Shown here: positions 1 through 8,564 of the stretch, in pieces | How positions within the stretch are numbered: position 1 is the stretch's first letter | Layout of the letters: the number at the start of each line of letters is the position of its first letter | DNA from: an uncultured Mucilaginibacter sp. | GTDB taxonomy: Bacteria > Bacteroidota > Bacteroidia > Sphingobacteriales > Sphingobacteriaceae | Assembly: GCA_964524015.1 (NCBI GenBank) | Contig: CAZGBN010000012.1 | Coordinates: 7,478-71,477 of the forward strand | Length of the DNA: 64,000 nt | Reading direction: 5' to 3' | The notes under the pieces: model-generated | Told to the model about the DNA's origin: nothing | The model's input: only the letters and a program-made list of their open reading frames with translations | Databases searched by the model: none | Program-made: the position numbers and the translations under genes

Positions 1-417
1 TATTCGATATGTCCTGCTTCCGTTGCTTTTTGATATTAATTTTGGACCGGTAAAGTTACCCACATAGGTAAGGATACCTGTTATGTTATCAGGTAAATTG
101 CTCGAATTGCAAGTTAATTTATTTGTATAGTTTAATTTATAATCATAGCTGAAGATTGTACCTGGAGTGCTTTTCCGAATAACAGAATCAGTTATACTTA
201 AACCACAGGTTACATTGCTTTTGTTTGCTAATTCAATTGCGTTTACACTAATATCTTGTGTTATATTAGTTATACCATAATTATTTGTGGTTAATGCTTC
301 TGCAATAATAACTGCAGCGTCATCATTTGGCTTACTTAAATCATTAAGTGTTGCTTTTTTACAGGCAATAACACCTATGGCAATTGTTGCAATTACAAAC
401 GCTTTTGAAAATTTCAT
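1..417 (-). CDS. Lipoprotein of unknown function (3' end runs off window)
   Basis: ATG at 417; reads MKFSKAFVIATIAIGVIACKKATLNDLSKPNDDAAV..., lipobox-like VIAC; frame still open at base 1 (...KSNGSRTYRI); absent from the ORF track because it is truncated. Confidence 0.75.
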   Translation of the reverse strand, partial: MKFSKAFVIATIAIGVIACKKATLNDLSKPNDDAAVIIAEALTTNNYGITNITQDISVNAIELANKSNVTCGLSITDSVIRKSTPGTIFSYDYKLNYTNKLTCNSSNLPDNITGILTYVGNFTGPKLISKSNGSRTYRI

Positions 418-559
418 AATTCAAGTATTAATTTCGGGCTTAATAAGTGTAATATAAAATGTTTTTTTATGATTATTGTAATTTGTGGAAAAATTATGCG
501 CTATATAAATATTTGATTTCCTATTAGTGTTATTTTTTATTTGCAGTTAAATATATTGC

Positions 560-3280
560 TTATTGCACTTTGTATCTGTATATAGCCCGGCCAATGTTAC
601 CATCATTATCAATACCTTCAATAATAGCACGATATGAACCTTTTCCATCTGCATTATAAAACTGTACTGTTGTCGCTCCGGTAGCATCAGTAGCCAAACT
701 TGGGTTCCAAAAAATGGTAGTTCTTAAATCACCGCCAATAGCTGAAGCTTTTGATACCTCATATTTGGGCGAGTAAAAAACTCTGGGCTCTGAATACCCA
801 CGTGGAGTAATGGTAACCTCGTTGATCTTTTTTATCAAGGCCAACAAATCTTCTTTTTTGTATTTTACTTTAGGAACAATTTTTGAATTGACAACTAACA
901 CACCTTGAGTATTGCCCATTCTATTTATTCCACTTAAACCATCACTTCTAAAAAACTCTATTGATTCAACATCACTGGATGGGATATTTTGCAAGTAACC
1001 AAAGTCAACTTGTAAACCATTATAAAAAATCTCCACTGGGCGCTTATCGCCTTGCTGATAACTACGGGTAACATATACATTGTAGCTATCATAGGTTAAC
1101 CCTGGTACAATGCTTTGTACACACTGCAATATCATCGGACAGGCAGCAAAACGCTCGCTGGTAAGTACCGCATCCGGAATAGAACTTAAACCAGCCAATC
1201 TGGGATGATCTGCATGGGTTTGCTGTTTCATCTTTGCAACAGATGTGGCTTTTATAGTAACTTCTTTAAGTACGCGTGAACTTTCAATGCGTTGTTTGGC
1301 ATTTTTCAAGTAAGGTGTTAAGGTACTATCTATATTTGCAATAACACCCGGTATATTTAAATCAGGTGTTAGGGGCTGAAATATTTCATTATCCAACAAG
1401 ATCATCAAATTATTGCTATTTACATTGTTTTTTGCATTAACTGATATTTCTGTTGAATCTGGTATGGTAAGGTTTGTGAATTTAAATTCGCCTACATTAT
1501 TTGATGTAGTGTAAAGTGATATATTTTTACCCGGAACAGTTAAATTTAAATTTCCTTTTGAAATAGGAAGGCCTGTGTTGTTTCTTAATGTGCCTGATAT
1601 AGTAATGCCGGTTTCGGGTAAAAACTTTTTCACAGGATAAACATTGGCCAAAATATCTTTATACACTATTCTGCGATATCCCTGCGTAAGCATCAATATA
1701 TCTGCATCTGCTATTGTTTTTTCATTTACATTAGTAAAGTAGTAATTAGGGTTTTCTATATATCCCTTTATGTCAGATGTTAACAGTAAATAATTTAATA
1801 TGGTAGTTTCTGAAATGTCATCATACGGTACTTTTGTTTCATCAACAACTGTTACAGACATATTAGCCTCCACCGGTTTTTGATCTTTATTTACGGAAAC
1901 ATTCATTACCACCTTATCCCTTATAGTATAAGTAGGTTGGGTGGTTTTCATGGTAATATTTAAAAGGTCATTACGCTGTATTAATACAACACGTTCTGAT
2001 AAAATCTGTCCGCCCGAAAACAAGGTCAGTTTTAATACACCCGATGGAAACTTAGTTTTAAGAATAGATGCTGAATATATATTAGTATTTAAGGTTGTTT
2101 GAGCAGCAAAACATATTGTTTGGCCATTTTGAGCGACTATGTAATACACTTTACCTTTATTTTTTGTAAAATATGCTGCGTTTGATGATAGTTTTATACG
2201 CAGGCTATCCTTGTTTGAATTGTCGGCACTCAAAGTTATTCCTTCTTCGCGTGCGATTGGTAAAGCAAAAGTGTTTTGTGAGCCATCTGCAAAGGTTATG
2301 TTGGCTTTATAGGTTTTACCACTTTCTGGTGTAAGATCAAATGTTCCCATGCCTAAATGCTGGGATGTAATATTAGCTACTGTCGTGCCCGAATTATCAA
2401 TTATAGTGCCTTTAATACTTGTACTAAGTCCATCACCCTTAATAGCTTTAAAGCCAACTTTTGATTTTAAGCCATTTATCAGATCACCTCCTTCAGGAAA
2501 AAATTGCAGATCGGCGTTATCTGCAACATGTTTTAATGGGAAATTGCTGGTTATTGATTTTTCATCATTAATTTCAATATCTGTAGTTAAAATGCTTGCA
2601 TTTAACAAGTTAGTTTTATTGGTTGAAAAAGCTACCCTTAATATCCCATTAGCATCGGTTACACCTTTTCCTTTATTAATGTTTTCATCATCATTAACTA
2701 CTTTCCAGCTAACTTTTTTGTTGATATAAGGCTTACCCGTGGGGTCTTTATAGCTTACACTAGCGGTAACTTTAGTAGTATTGTTTTGTGTTGAACCCGT
2801 AACCGAAATATTGGTACTTATTTGTTTCTCGGCGCTGCCAACGGTAATTGTTTTTTTAAAAAAATAAGCCGCATCAAAATTCCGCATCCAATTAGTATAG
2901 GCACGAATTCGATAATTTCCTTGTTTATAAAGAGGTGAAGATAAAATTATATCACCTAATGCGGTGGCGCCTGAGGCCTGCAATTTTAAAGTTTGTACAA
3001 TAGAGTCTTTGCTGCTAATTATATCTACATAAACCACCTTGCTTAATGATGATGGTTGATGGACATCAATAGTTATATATGCCTTGAACCATATGGTATC
3101 CCCTACAGCATAATAAGGCTTATCAAAATGTAAATAAACTTTTTCAAAAGGGTATTCATCAACCAATTTTACAGTTTTTGATATAATAGTCTTCAGGCTG
3201 GTGGTATCTGTTTGTGAAAAAGCAGAAAAACTAGATGTAAATAGTACAATCAGAATAAAGTATATTTTTTTCAGGTTCAT
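560..3280 (-). CDS. Secreted macroglobulin(MG2)-like / carboxypeptidase-regulatory-like / plug-domain protein of Bacteroidota
   Basis: Signal peptide; EKVYLHFDKPYYAVGDTIWFKAY, FFPEGGDL, YLLLTSDIKGYIENP, DLRTTIFWNP motifs typical of this family. Confidence 0.75.
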   Translation of the reverse strand: MNLKKIYFILIVLFTSSFSAFSQTDTTSLKTIISKTVKLVDEYPFEKVYLHFDKPYYAVGDTIWFKAYITIDVHQPSSLSKVVYVDIISSKDSIVQTLKLQASGATALGDIILSSPLYKQGNYRIRAYTNWMRNFDAAYFFKKTITVGSAEKQISTNISVTGSTQNNTTKVTASVSYKDPTGKPYINKKVSWKVVNDDENINKGKGVTDANGILRVAFSTNKTNLLNASILTTDIEINDEKSITSNFPLKHVADNADLQFFPEGGDLINGLKSKVGFKAIKGDGLSTSIKGTIIDNSGTTVANITSQHLGMGTFDLTPESGKTYKANITFADGSQNTFALPIAREEGITLSADNSNKDSLRIKLSSNAAYFTKNKGKVYYIVAQNGQTICFAAQTTLNTNIYSASILKTKFPSGVLKLTLFSGGQILSERVVLIQRNDLLNITMKTTQPTYTIRDKVVMNVSVNKDQKPVEANMSVTVVDETKVPYDDISETTILNYLLLTSDIKGYIENPNYYFTNVNEKTIADADILMLTQGYRRIVYKDILANVYPVKKFLPETGITISGTLRNNTGLPISKGNLNLTVPGKNISLYTTSNNVGEFKFTNLTIPDSTEISVNAKNNVNSNNLMILLDNEIFQPLTPDLNIPGVIANIDSTLTPYLKNAKQRIESSRVLKEVTIKATSVAKMKQQTHADHPRLAGLSSIPDAVLTSERFAACPMILQCVQSIVPGLTYDSYNVYVTRSYQQGDKRPVEIFYNGLQVDFGYLQNIPSSDVESIEFFRSDGLSGINRMGNTQGVLVVNSKIVPKVKYKKEDLLALIKKINEVTITPRGYSEPRVFYSPKYEVSKASAIGGDLRTTIFWNPSLATDATGATTVQFYNADGKGSYRAIIEGIDNDGNIGRAIYRYKVQ

Positions 3281-3450
3281 TTTGATAGGAATAGCTAATG
3301 ATTGTAAATATATTTATTTATAGCATAAATGTAATATGGAGCCGGTAATTTAACATTTTTTACAATGTTAAATTATTTATCAAATGCATTATTGTAAGTA
3401 ACAATAACTAATTATATCAGCGAAAGTGGTATAGGGAAGGGTGTTAAACA

Positions 3451-3480
3451 AACAAAGCAGGATAATCATCCTGCTTTGTT
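3451..3480 (-). terminator. Rho-independent terminator after the DUF5679-like gene
   Basis: 13-bp stem AACAAAGCAGGAT-aatc-ATCCTGCTTTGTT. Confidence 0.65.
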
Positions 3481-3512
3481 GTTTGGTTTGTTGGTTAGTG
3501 TGCAATTATTGC

Positions 3513-3719
3513 TTACCAGCCAGTACCTTTTTTAGCATTGCCATTTTTTACATGCTCTTCGGCAGTAGCTTTGCCCATAATAGCAGCCATTTTGTTGCCT
3601 TGTGCATCTTTACCTGTTGCAATGTATCTTCCTGATTTGATATCAATAACAGGATCGATCATTGGTACATTTTTAGTTTTTGTTTTCACCGAATAAGCGG
3701 TAATTCCAGATGTTGCCAT
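3513..3719 (-). CDS. Small DUF5679-like protein, cysteine-less variant
   Basis: AYSVKTK...M..P...KSGR...G...GNKM pattern resembles the DUF5679 AYCxKC..M....NGR....G.C..CGTKM layout; followed by a terminator. Confidence 0.6.
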   Translation of the reverse strand: MATSGITAYSVKTKTKNVPMIDPVIDIKSGRYIATGKDAQGNKMAAIMGKATAEEHVKNGNAKKGTGW

Positions 3720-3969
3720 GATAAGTTTTTAATTGTTTTTAAAATTAACCCTTGCGGGAGTGATTTGTTTACACAAACATAGTTTATTGTTGCTAAGAAG
3801 CGAATAGTTGTGAATAAAAATTATCACCAAAAAACGGCTATTTTGGCCTTATTTGCCCATTTTTGTTAATATGTGGATAACTTATAGCTCACGGAGGGTT
3901 ACAAAACCCACAAAATATCATGTAGAAACTTATTTGACAAATATTATCATATAGTTAAATAAGCTATTA

Positions 3970-4299
3970 TTATACCTTTTCAACAATTACAGCAGTCCCA
4001 TAAGCAAGTACTTCGGTAATGCCCTGCATAACTTCATTAGCATCATAGCGCATATTTATAATTGCGTTTGCACCTAAAACCTGGGCATGCTGTATTAATA
4101 AACGATAAGCTTCTTCGCGCGAGTTTTCGCAAAGTTCAACATAAATGGATAGTCTGCCGCCAAAAAGCGATTGAAACCCTCCCGCGATATTGCCTAAGGC
4201 ACTTCGGCTACGTACAGTAATGCCACGCACTACGCCAAGTTGTTTAACAATTTTATATCCTTCTAAAGTAGTACTGGTGGTAATAAGTGAAGTGTCCAT
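3970..4299 (-). CDS. YbjQ/UPF0145 family protein
   Basis: TTSTTLEGYKIV..LGVVRG, GANAII..RYD, EVLAYGTAV motifs. Confidence 0.9.
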   Translation of the reverse strand: MDTSLITTSTTLEGYKIVKQLGVVRGITVRSRSALGNIAGGFQSLFGGRLSIYVELCENSREEAYRLLIQHAQVLGANAIINMRYDANEVMQGITEVLAYGTAVIVEKV

Positions 4300-4360
4300 A
4301 ATTAATTTTTAAGTTAGATACTAAGCATATGGTTTTGTTACGTTAAATACTTCTCAAATC

Positions 4361-4394
4361 AAAAAGCCTCTTCTAAAGTAGAAGAGGCTTTTTT
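4361..4394. terminator. Rho-independent terminator
   Basis: AAAAAGCCTCTTCTA-aag-TAGAAGAGGCTTTTTT. Confidence 0.75.
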
Positions 4395-4410
4395 AACCCT
4401 AATGCTTTTA

Positions 4411-4692
4411 CTATTTGTATTTACACAAATATGAACTTTGCTCGTTAGTTTTAACTTTAAAAGATGTATTGGCTTCTACCTGGAATGATTGACCGTTTTT
4501 ATATACTGCCCAATCTTTAGCACCGGGTAATAAGGCAATAAGTTCGCCCTCAATAACAGTCATAGTTTCATGTTGTGAGGTGCCAAATTCATATTCACCT
4601 TTTTCAATAACACCAATAGTTGATTTTCCATCAGTTGATGTATAGGCCAGTGATTTAACCGCGCCTTCAAAATATTCGTTTACGTTGATCAT
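4411..4692 (-). CDS. ppnP: Pyrimidine/purine nucleoside phosphorylase (YaiE/DUF1255)
   Basis: VNEYFEGAVKS, GEYEFGT..HETMTVIEG, YLCKY; 93 aa cupin. Confidence 0.85.
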   Translation of the reverse strand: MINVNEYFEGAVKSLAYTSTDGKSTIGVIEKGEYEFGTSQHETMTVIEGELIALLPGAKDWAVYKNGQSFQVEANTSFKVKTNEQSSYLCKYK

Positions 4693-4745
4693 TGTTTTTT
4701 ATTTACGGCCTAAGATGGTAAAATTTGCGCAAAGCTAAAAGCAAT

Positions 4746-5468
4746 TTATTTTATGGCCCCAAAGGCAGCAAAATAAGAGTTTTTATGCAGTATCTCTACT
4801 TGTTTAAAACCAACTTTAGCTAACAAAGCTGTTTGGTAATTTACTGATCGTGGTGTATCCTCATGTGCTATATAGTCAAAAACCTTTTGCCGGTATTCAG
4901 GTCCACCTAGTGTATCCAAATAATCGCTGTAATTTTGATGGAAAAGCTGATTTATAGGTAAAGAGTCATGAGCTATCAGGTCAGATATCCAAATACTGCC
5001 CCCAGGCTTTAATGTTTTGTAAAATTTGGTAAATACCAACTCCCAATCTGCATCATCGCGTAAATGATGCAGGGTAGCAGCTGCCAAAATAATATCAAAG
5101 TGGTTATCTGGTAAATTAAGATTACGCATATCGTCCTGGATAACGGTTACGGCACCTTCGGTTTGTGCGGCTACACGGTCTTTAGCCCTTTGCAGCATAG
5201 GCATACTCAAATCATTTAAAGTACAATTTAAGTTGCTGATCTTGCCCAGCATTTTTAAAGTGTAATTCCCGGCGCCACAACCAATATCCAGCAATTGAGT
5301 TGCGTTGGAGTTTACATATTTAGCTGCTTCCGTACAAAGCTCCATGGTTAGTGGGGCATCAATAGTTGTCATTTGCCCGGTATCAAGGTTGGCAAAGCGT
5401 TCAACATCGTTATCAAATCTGTTTCTTATCTCGTCATTGGTAGCTTTTGCCGAATAATCATTTATCAT
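4746..5468 (-). CDS. Class I SAM-dependent methyltransferase (CmoA-like)
   Basis: LLDIGCGAG motif I, LHHLR, LKPGG. Confidence 0.85.
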   Translation of the reverse strand: MINDYSAKATNDEIRNRFDNDVERFANLDTGQMTTIDAPLTMELCTEAAKYVNSNATQLLDIGCGAGNYTLKMLGKISNLNCTLNDLSMPMLQRAKDRVAAQTEGAVTVIQDDMRNLNLPDNHFDIILAAATLHHLRDDADWELVFTKFYKTLKPGGSIWISDLIAHDSLPINQLFHQNYSDYLDTLGGPEYRQKVFDYIAHEDTPRSVNYQTALLAKVGFKQVEILHKNSYFAAFGAIK

Positions 5469-5579
5469 GTCTATATATGTTTGTTGCCAAATTTAATCTG
5501 CTTTTGCCATATTTGAAACCTATTTATCAATCTGTCACGTATAATAATTCGTAAATACTGTTCTTAGCACCTTATATAT

Positions 5580-6788
5580 ATGCAAAAACAACCGATGCCC
5601 GCTAACGAAATGGATAGAATTATAAGCCTATCAGAATTTGATTTAGACTATTCTACCCATCAAGATGATTTTAAAGATCTGGCCAAATTAGCTGCTAAAG
5701 TTGCAGGTACAGATATTTCACTAGTTAATTTAATAGATACGTTTACTCAGTGGACGATCTCTAACCATGGTTTATCTATTGACCAGATGCCAAGGGAAGA
5801 GTCTGTTTGTCAATATACTATTGCGAACAACGATCATTTTGAAGTGCCCGATTTAACCAGTGATAGCCGCTTTAAGGATAAGTTTTATGTAACCGATGAC
5901 CCAAATCTTAGATGCTATTATGGAGTGCCGTTAAAAACAGAAGATGGACTTAATTTAGGAGCTTTATGTGTTTTAGATCCTAATCTTAAAACATTAACGC
6001 CTGAAAAATCAGAGATGCTGAAAATTATAGCCGACGAAATTGTGAATAGGCTTAAGGCACTTAAGGCTATGGATAATTTAAGGCATAAATTTGAGGAGGC
6101 CAACGAATCAAAAAAGAAGGTGGCACATGATATTAGAGGTCCATTGGGTGGTATAATTGGATTGGCTCAAATTATAAGCGAGCAAGGCCAGGATAATAAG
6201 TTAGATGAAGTTTTGGAGTTTATTGATATGATTCAAAAAGGAGGGCGGTCAATTTTAGAGCTTGCCGATGAAATTTTGAGTGCCGGTGGTTCGGAGAAAC
6301 TTAAGAATGATGAGTTTAATTTATTGATATTTAAAGATAAATTAGAAAAGCTTTACGAACCACAAGCTAAAAATAAAAATATAACATTCACAGTAAACAT
6401 ATCTCCCAAATCCGCAAACACACCTTTTTCTAAGAATAAGCTTTTGCAAATTACGGGCAACTTAATATCAAATGCCATGAAATTTACACCTGATAATGGA
6501 AAAGTCACTGTTGATATGAGGTTGGAGACTAAAGACGATCTGAATAAATTATATATTAGCGTTACTGATACCGGAATAGGTTTAAGCGAAATTACAAAGC
6601 AAGATATACTCAGGGGTAACGCTTTATCAACCGATGGGACCCAGGGTGAACAGGGTTATGGTTTTGGGTTGGCATTAGTTAAACACCTGGTTGATAATCT
6701 GAACGGAAAAATGGATATTGTATCGCAACAAGGTAAGGGGGCCTCTTTTCGGGTAGTACTTCCTTTAAAACACTATTCAGAGTTTTGA
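5580..6788 (+). CDS. GAF-domain sensor histidine kinase
   Basis: N-terminal GAF (YYGVPL, GALCVLD); H-box AHDIRGPL, N-box NLISNAMKF, DTGIG, GYGFGL. Confidence 0.92.
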   Translation: MQKQPMPANEMDRIISLSEFDLDYSTHQDDFKDLAKLAAKVAGTDISLVNLIDTFTQWTISNHGLSIDQMPREESVCQYTIANNDHFEVPDLTSDSRFKDKFYVTDDPNLRCYYGVPLKTEDGLNLGALCVLDPNLKTLTPEKSEMLKIIADEIVNRLKALKAMDNLRHKFEEANESKKKVAHDIRGPLGGIIGLAQIISEQGQDNKLDEVLEFIDMIQKGGRSILELADEILSAGGSEKLKNDEFNLLIFKDKLEKLYEPQAKNKNITFTVNISPKSANTPFSKNKLLQITGNLISNAMKFTPDNGKVTVDMRLETKDDLNKLYISVTDTGIGLSEITKQDILRGNALSTDGTQGEQGYGFGLALVKHLVDNLNGKMDIVSQQGKGASFRVVLPLKHYSEF

Positions 6789-6892
6789 GGTCCTGATGTA
6801 CATAATAACAAGGATAAATAATATGGCACCTACTACTAGTTTCATTAGCGTTATTTATTAAATGTTATAATTGAAATGACTCAATACTACAT

Positions 6893-6929
6893 AAAAAGCC
6901 CGGCTATAAATTACAGCCGGGCTTTTTTT
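6893..6929. terminator. Bidirectional terminator between convergent genes
   Basis: AAAAAGCCCGGCT...AGCCGGGCTTTTTTT. Confidence 0.8.
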
Positions 6930-6940
6930 ATATGCTTATT

Positions 6941-7627
6941 TTAGTTTTCTGCATAAACTGTGTAATTAAGAGTAGCTAGTGTAGTACCTGACACTACAAT
7001 TGTATAAATTTTACCAGCCTGTATTGTAGTGGGTATATCTAATGCAGCGGTTGATGAGCCTGCTGCGTATATTTTAAAAGAAGTAGCGGCATCAACTTCG
7101 TTATAAGTAGATGCAGTTTTATAGGCTAAGTTGCTTACTATTTTAGTTCCTGATGATACTCCAAAATCAACACTGCCATTTAACGCAGTACTTAAATTCA
7201 GAAAACGAACACGTGCTTTACCTGATTGTGGCGGGGTACGATCATCTGCTGTAGCTACAGCAGTATTGTCATCAGCATAATATAGCGTGGCATAGCTCTC
7301 TGGTGAAAAGTAAATGGGACCTGATACATTTACATTACCCGTACCTGACGTTTTGAAAAACGCATTATGGGTACCGGCATACAAAGTAGCATAAGATGTA
7401 ACTTGTGTATAAGCTAATGGTGATGTGTTTACTTTGCTCTCATCTATATAAAAATCTTGCGGAGCTGATGCCTGTGCCGAGTTTGCGGCTCTTACATAAG
7501 CGAACGCGTTTAAATCTTCTGAATCACCACTTTTATTACACCCGATAAAGCCGATAGATAATAAAACAAGCGCCGTTAATAAAATTGATAGGGTTTTATT
7601 GTTCTGAAATTTAAAGTATGTTTTCAT
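6941..7627 (-). CDS. DUF4397 domain lipoprotein
   Basis: Lipobox FIGC; VRAANS..QDFYID, GKARVRFLNLS, AGKIYTI repeats. Confidence 0.8.
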   Translation of the reverse strand: MKTYFKFQNNKTLSILLTALVLLSIGFIGCNKSGDSEDLNAFAYVRAANSAQASAPQDFYIDESKVNTSPLAYTQVTSYATLYAGTHNAFFKTSGTGNVNVSGPIYFSPESYATLYYADDNTAVATADDRTPPQSGKARVRFLNLSTALNGSVDFGVSSGTKIVSNLAYKTASTYNEVDAATSFKIYAAGSSTAALDIPTTIQAGKIYTIVVSGTTLATLNYTVYAEN

Positions 7628-7696
7628 TTTTTCTTAAATTTATTTTAATATAAAGTTACTATTAAACAACCATTACTTCTAAAAAGTTTTACTATT

Positions 7697-8011
7697 ATGC
7701 ATAACTCAAAAAAAGTAAGTGTGATTTTAGAGGTAGCTATATTAAATGTGATTGATGGCAAGCAAGATCAATTTGAAGTTGACTTTTATAACGCCGGTAA
7801 ATACATAAGTTCAATAAAGGGTTACATTAAACATTCCCTTAATAAATGCATTGAACAGGAAAATAAATATATTTTATTAGTTGAATGGGATAGTTTGGAA
7901 GATCACACCATTAGTTTCAGACAATCTGAACAATATCAGCATTGGAAGCAACTATTACATCATTATTATGCTCCGTTTCCAACAGTTGAACATTACGAGA
8001 GAATAATTTAG
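7697..8011 (+). CDS. Antibiotic biosynthesis monooxygenase (ABM) family protein
   Basis: ILEVAIL, YILLVEWDSLEDH...FRQS..YQ.W..LLHHYY..P.VEH. Confidence 0.85.
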   Translation: MHNSKKVSVILEVAILNVIDGKQDQFEVDFYNAGKYISSIKGYIKHSLNKCIEQENKYILLVEWDSLEDHTISFRQSEQYQHWKQLLHHYYAPFPTVEHYERII

Positions 8012-8021
8012 CCTTAGCTAA

Positions 8022-8438
8022 TTATTTCTCCTTTTTCATAATAATGTTTATAGTTTTAAATTTTACTTTATCATCTATACCAGTAAAGGCAGATTGATCG
8101 CCCCATCTCCAATAAATCATAATTTTATCAACTTTATCCGCTCTTAAAATATTACCGGCAACACTAATATCTTCAGTGAAAAATTCACCGCCATCTACTA
8201 ATACTCTTTCAATCTCCTCATTTTGAGCAAATACTTTACCTTTGTTATCAACAGTTAAAGCAGGTATTCGTCTTAATAGCTCATTTAATTTATCGTTAGG
8301 TTGTATTACATAATCGCTGGCTTTAAAAATCAAGGTGTCAGTACGGCCAACAAGCATTTTGTTTACTTGTGCATATGTGTCACTGCTAATGAGTGCAGCA
8401 CTAATTAATAAAAAGCTGATAAATAGGTATTTTTTCAT
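8022..8438 (-). CDS. Secreted stand-alone TonB-receptor plug-like domain protein
   Basis: Start moved to MKKYLF (signal peptide); ELLRRIPALTVD, VLVDGGEFF, AFTGIDD..KTINI resemble the plug region of Bacteroidota outer-membrane receptors; no barrel follows. Confidence 0.6.
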   Translation of the reverse strand: MKKYLFISFLLISAALISSDTYAQVNKMLVGRTDTLIFKASDYVIQPNDKLNELLRRIPALTVDNKGKVFAQNEEIERVLVDGGEFFTEDISVAGNILRADKVDKIMIYWRWGDQSAFTGIDDKVKFKTINIIMKKEK

Positions 8439-8564
8439 TTTTGAATGGGAATAGGTTAAACGAATATACTCAAATTCAACAATCCACAAATAAGCAAATT
8501 TTCAACAATCCAACTAAAGCTCGCTCAATGCATTAACTTTACCCATTCACTAAAAAATACCCGT

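Noticed and set aside
2349-2729. Antisense and alternate-frame ORFs inside long genes (also 10265, 16423, 28707, 46705, 49996, 56029, 61018, 63339 and others)
   Set aside because: Shadows of well-supported genes with no motifs of their own
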